From assembly GCA_965541585.1 (NCBI GenBank), contig CBEUCH010000012.1, positions 49,021-113,020 on the forward strand: a stretch of DNA of 64,000 nucleotides, in the 5' to 3' direction. The DNA comes from an uncultured bacterium (GTDB taxonomy: Bacteria > Zixibacteria > MSB-5A5 > UBA10806). Below the pieces are notes generated by a model. It was not told the DNA's origin. It saw only the letters and a program-made list of their open reading frames with translations, and ran no database searches. The first letter of the stretch is position 1; each line of letters begins with the position of its first letter. Made by a program: the position numbers and the translations under genes. Shown here piece after piece: positions 62,039 through 64,000 of the stretch.

Positions 62039-62875
62039 ATGAGCGTTCTAACGGAAAACAAACGCCCGGAACCGATTGGGTTTCTCAATATCGGCCATCG
62101 AGGGGCGTGCGCCTATGCCCCTGAGAACACGGCCGCCTCAATCGAGCAGGCCATCTCCCGCAATGCGGATATGGTGGAATTCGATTTGAGACAGACGTCG
62201 GATGATGTCATCGTTCTTTTCCATGACCGCACCGTAGTTACTCGATCCGGCAGGCGAGTGCCGGTATCCCGAATATCATATTCCCAGCTTTATGATATCG
62301 CGGCAGCAGCCGGTTACAGGCTATCGACATTCGAGGAGATCCTTCGAGAGTTCGGCTCCCGTGTTCCCCTCGATATCGAAATAAAGGTCCGCGGTTTTGA
62401 GGAAAAAATAATCCACCTGCTTAAAAAATTCCCTCCGGCTTTCGAACCGGTGATATCATCCTTCATTCCCGGAGTGATAGAGAGTGTCAAGAAACTCGAC
62501 CCTTCGATAAAGACCGGGCTGGTTCTGGGATACAGCAAGGTTCCTTACTTAAATATTCTTGCTCGTCCCGTTGTCAACAGGCTGATCTCGAGGGTGGATG
62601 TCGATTCCGTGCATCTGCACAGGAGCCTTTTCAGTAAACATATCTTGAAAAATCTATTCGCTATGGGCGCGAAGGTATACGTCTGGACGGTAAACAAGCC
62701 GGATGAGATGACGCGATTGTTGAAAGCCGGTGTCGATGGCATTATCACGGATACTCCGGATATCCTCTTCGATATTTGCCGGAATATGGCTGAATCGCAA
62801 GAACCGGTTCTGGGCAGATCGGGCATATCGGGAAATCGTTTCATCTATCCCGGCCAGTTATCGAGGAGCCAATGA
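62039..62875 (+). CDS. Glycerophosphodiester phosphodiesterase
   Basis: GHRGA..APENT, VEFD, HD, IEIK, WTVN, GIITD.P. Confidence 0.92.
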   Translation: MSVLTENKRPEPIGFLNIGHRGACAYAPENTAASIEQAISRNADMVEFDLRQTSDDVIVLFHDRTVVTRSGRRVPVSRISYSQLYDIAAAAGYRLSTFEEILREFGSRVPLDIEIKVRGFEEKIIHLLKKFPPAFEPVISSFIPGVIESVKKLDPSIKTGLVLGYSKVPYLNILARPVVNRLISRVDVDSVHLHRSLFSKHILKNLFAMGAKVYVWTVNKPDEMTRLLKAGVDGIITDTPDILFDICRNMAESQEPVLGRSGISGNRFIYPGQLSRSQ

Positions 62876-63258
62876 AATTTTCAAGGGTCGTTATAAAAGC
62901 TAGGGATTACCGAAAGAGTTTCGAATTCTACAAAGACGTTCTCGGTCTAAAGCTATCTACATCCTGGCAGAGGAAGGATAGCTGGGGCGCTTTATTTTCG
63001 GCGGGCGACCTTATGGTGGAAATTATCTGGTATCCTTCGGGAGAAGGTTTCGATGATTGCAACTTCTCGATGGAACGAGCCAAGGTCGATCTTAATTTTG
63101 AGGCTTCAGATATAGATATTCTCTACAAGCGGCTGGCCGATGCCGGTGTTGAGATTGTCAACGAGCCTCATGACGTCCCCTGGGGATTCCGCCTGTTCAC
63201 GATCAAAGACCCCGATGATATCCGCATATCGTTCCTTCAACCTCTGCTGCAGAAATGA
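62872..63258 (+). CDS. VOC/glyoxalase family protein
   Basis: FYKDVLG, PWG.R.F.IKDPD. Confidence 0.88.
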   Translation: MKFSRVVIKARDYRKSFEFYKDVLGLKLSTSWQRKDSWGALFSAGDLMVEIIWYPSGEGFDDCNFSMERAKVDLNFEASDIDILYKRLADAGVEIVNEPHDVPWGFRLFTIKDPDDIRISFLQPLLQK

Positions 63259-64000
63259 ACAGGAAAAAAATAATACAGATGCTCTTAATGGTCGTCGCCA
63301 TTCTTCTGTTTGGCACGATCGGCTACCAGGCGGTCGAACCCGGCTACTCATTTTTCGATTCATTGTACATGACTGTCATCACGGTGACCACCATCGGCTA
63401 CGGTGAGATCAAACAGCTTTCCACCGAGGGACGGATCTTCAATATGATACTTATCGCGGTTGGCTGGACCGGGATCTTTCTGGTGGCGCGCATGGCCGGT
63501 CAGATGATAGTCGAGGGACAGGTAATAAAACTTTTCGGGAGACATAGAATGGATAAAAAGATCGCCTCCATGAAGGGGCATTATATAGTCTGTGGATACG
63601 GTCGCGTTGGACGGATTGTCTGCGAGGAATTTCAACGTCACAAAACACCGTTCGTGATAATAGAGCGAAATCCGGAATTGGTCGAGGACATTATCCAGAA
63701 GAACTTTGCTTACTACCAGGGCGATTGCACCGATGATCAATCGTTGATTGCCGCCGGTATCGATCGCGCTAAAGGGCTTATTAACGCCGTTGCTAACGAG
63801 GCCGATGCGGTTTATATCACCCTGTCAGCGCGACAGCATAATCCGAATCTGTTCATCGTAGTCAGGGCTGATTCACTCTCTGCCGTGCAAAAACTGAAAA
63901 GGGCCGGCGCTGATAAAGTTATTTCTCCGCATGTATCCGCCGGCTCCCGCATGGCCATGGGGGCGCTCAGGCCTAATGTCGTGGATTTTATGACTATTGC
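63255..64000 (+). CDS. Potassium channel protein with TrkA-N/RCK domain (runs off the window end; absent from the ORF track)
   Basis: Read manually from ATG 63255: MNRKKIIQML...TVTTIGYGE selectivity filter, then HYIVCGYGRVG. Confidence 0.9.
   Translation, partial: MNRKKIIQMLLMVVAILLFGTIGYQAVEPGYSFFDSLYMTVITVTTIGYGEIKQLSTEGRIFNMILIAVGWTGIFLVARMAGQMIVEGQVIKLFGRHRMDKKIASMKGHYIVCGYGRVGRIVCEEFQRHKTPFVIIERNPELVEDIIQKNFAYYQGDCTDDQSLIAAGIDRAKGLINAVANEADAVYITLSARQHNPNLFIVVRADSLSAVQKLKRAGADKVISPHVSAGSRMAMGALRPNVVDFMTI

Overview
Bacterial chromosomal window, probably from an uncultured FCB-group lineage such as Zixibacteria (inferred only from gene content: IPTL-CTERM tags, PorV-like barrels, a FlgD-type C-terminal domain, multiheme lipoproteins). 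The backbone is housekeeping: ppx-like, an isocitrate/isopropylmalate-family dehydrogenase, ligA, der-plsY-gpsA, xseB-dxs-nadK-recN-pgsA, lapA/lapB-like-SPOR-mutS, tolQ-tolR-tolA-like-tolB-pal-pal-cpoB, ssb, nadE-rsmI, an inositol-lipid cluster (PAP2/AUR1-like, PI-synthase-like, ino1), GDPD, VOC and a truncated K+ channel. Also present: three IPTL-CTERM surface proteins, a T9SS-like cargo/PorV operon, a dinB-dnaE2 cassette with a LexA-box-like palindrome in its promoter, tRNA-Gly(CCC) with a 41-bp att-like duplication around a one-gene AT-rich islet, and two convergent multiheme cytochrome lipoproteins, one preceded by two TGTGA-N6-TCACA sites. The most unusual structure is non-coding: several families of REP-like palindromes (some nested) cluster around AT-rich orphan genes, and two different non-coding modules are each duplicated in front of unrelated accessory genes (15413-15652 with 16637-16781; 25693-25826 with 27703-27838). 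No integrase, transposase, reverse transcriptase, rRNA or CRISPR array was seen. All calls come from reading motifs by eye; no searches were run.
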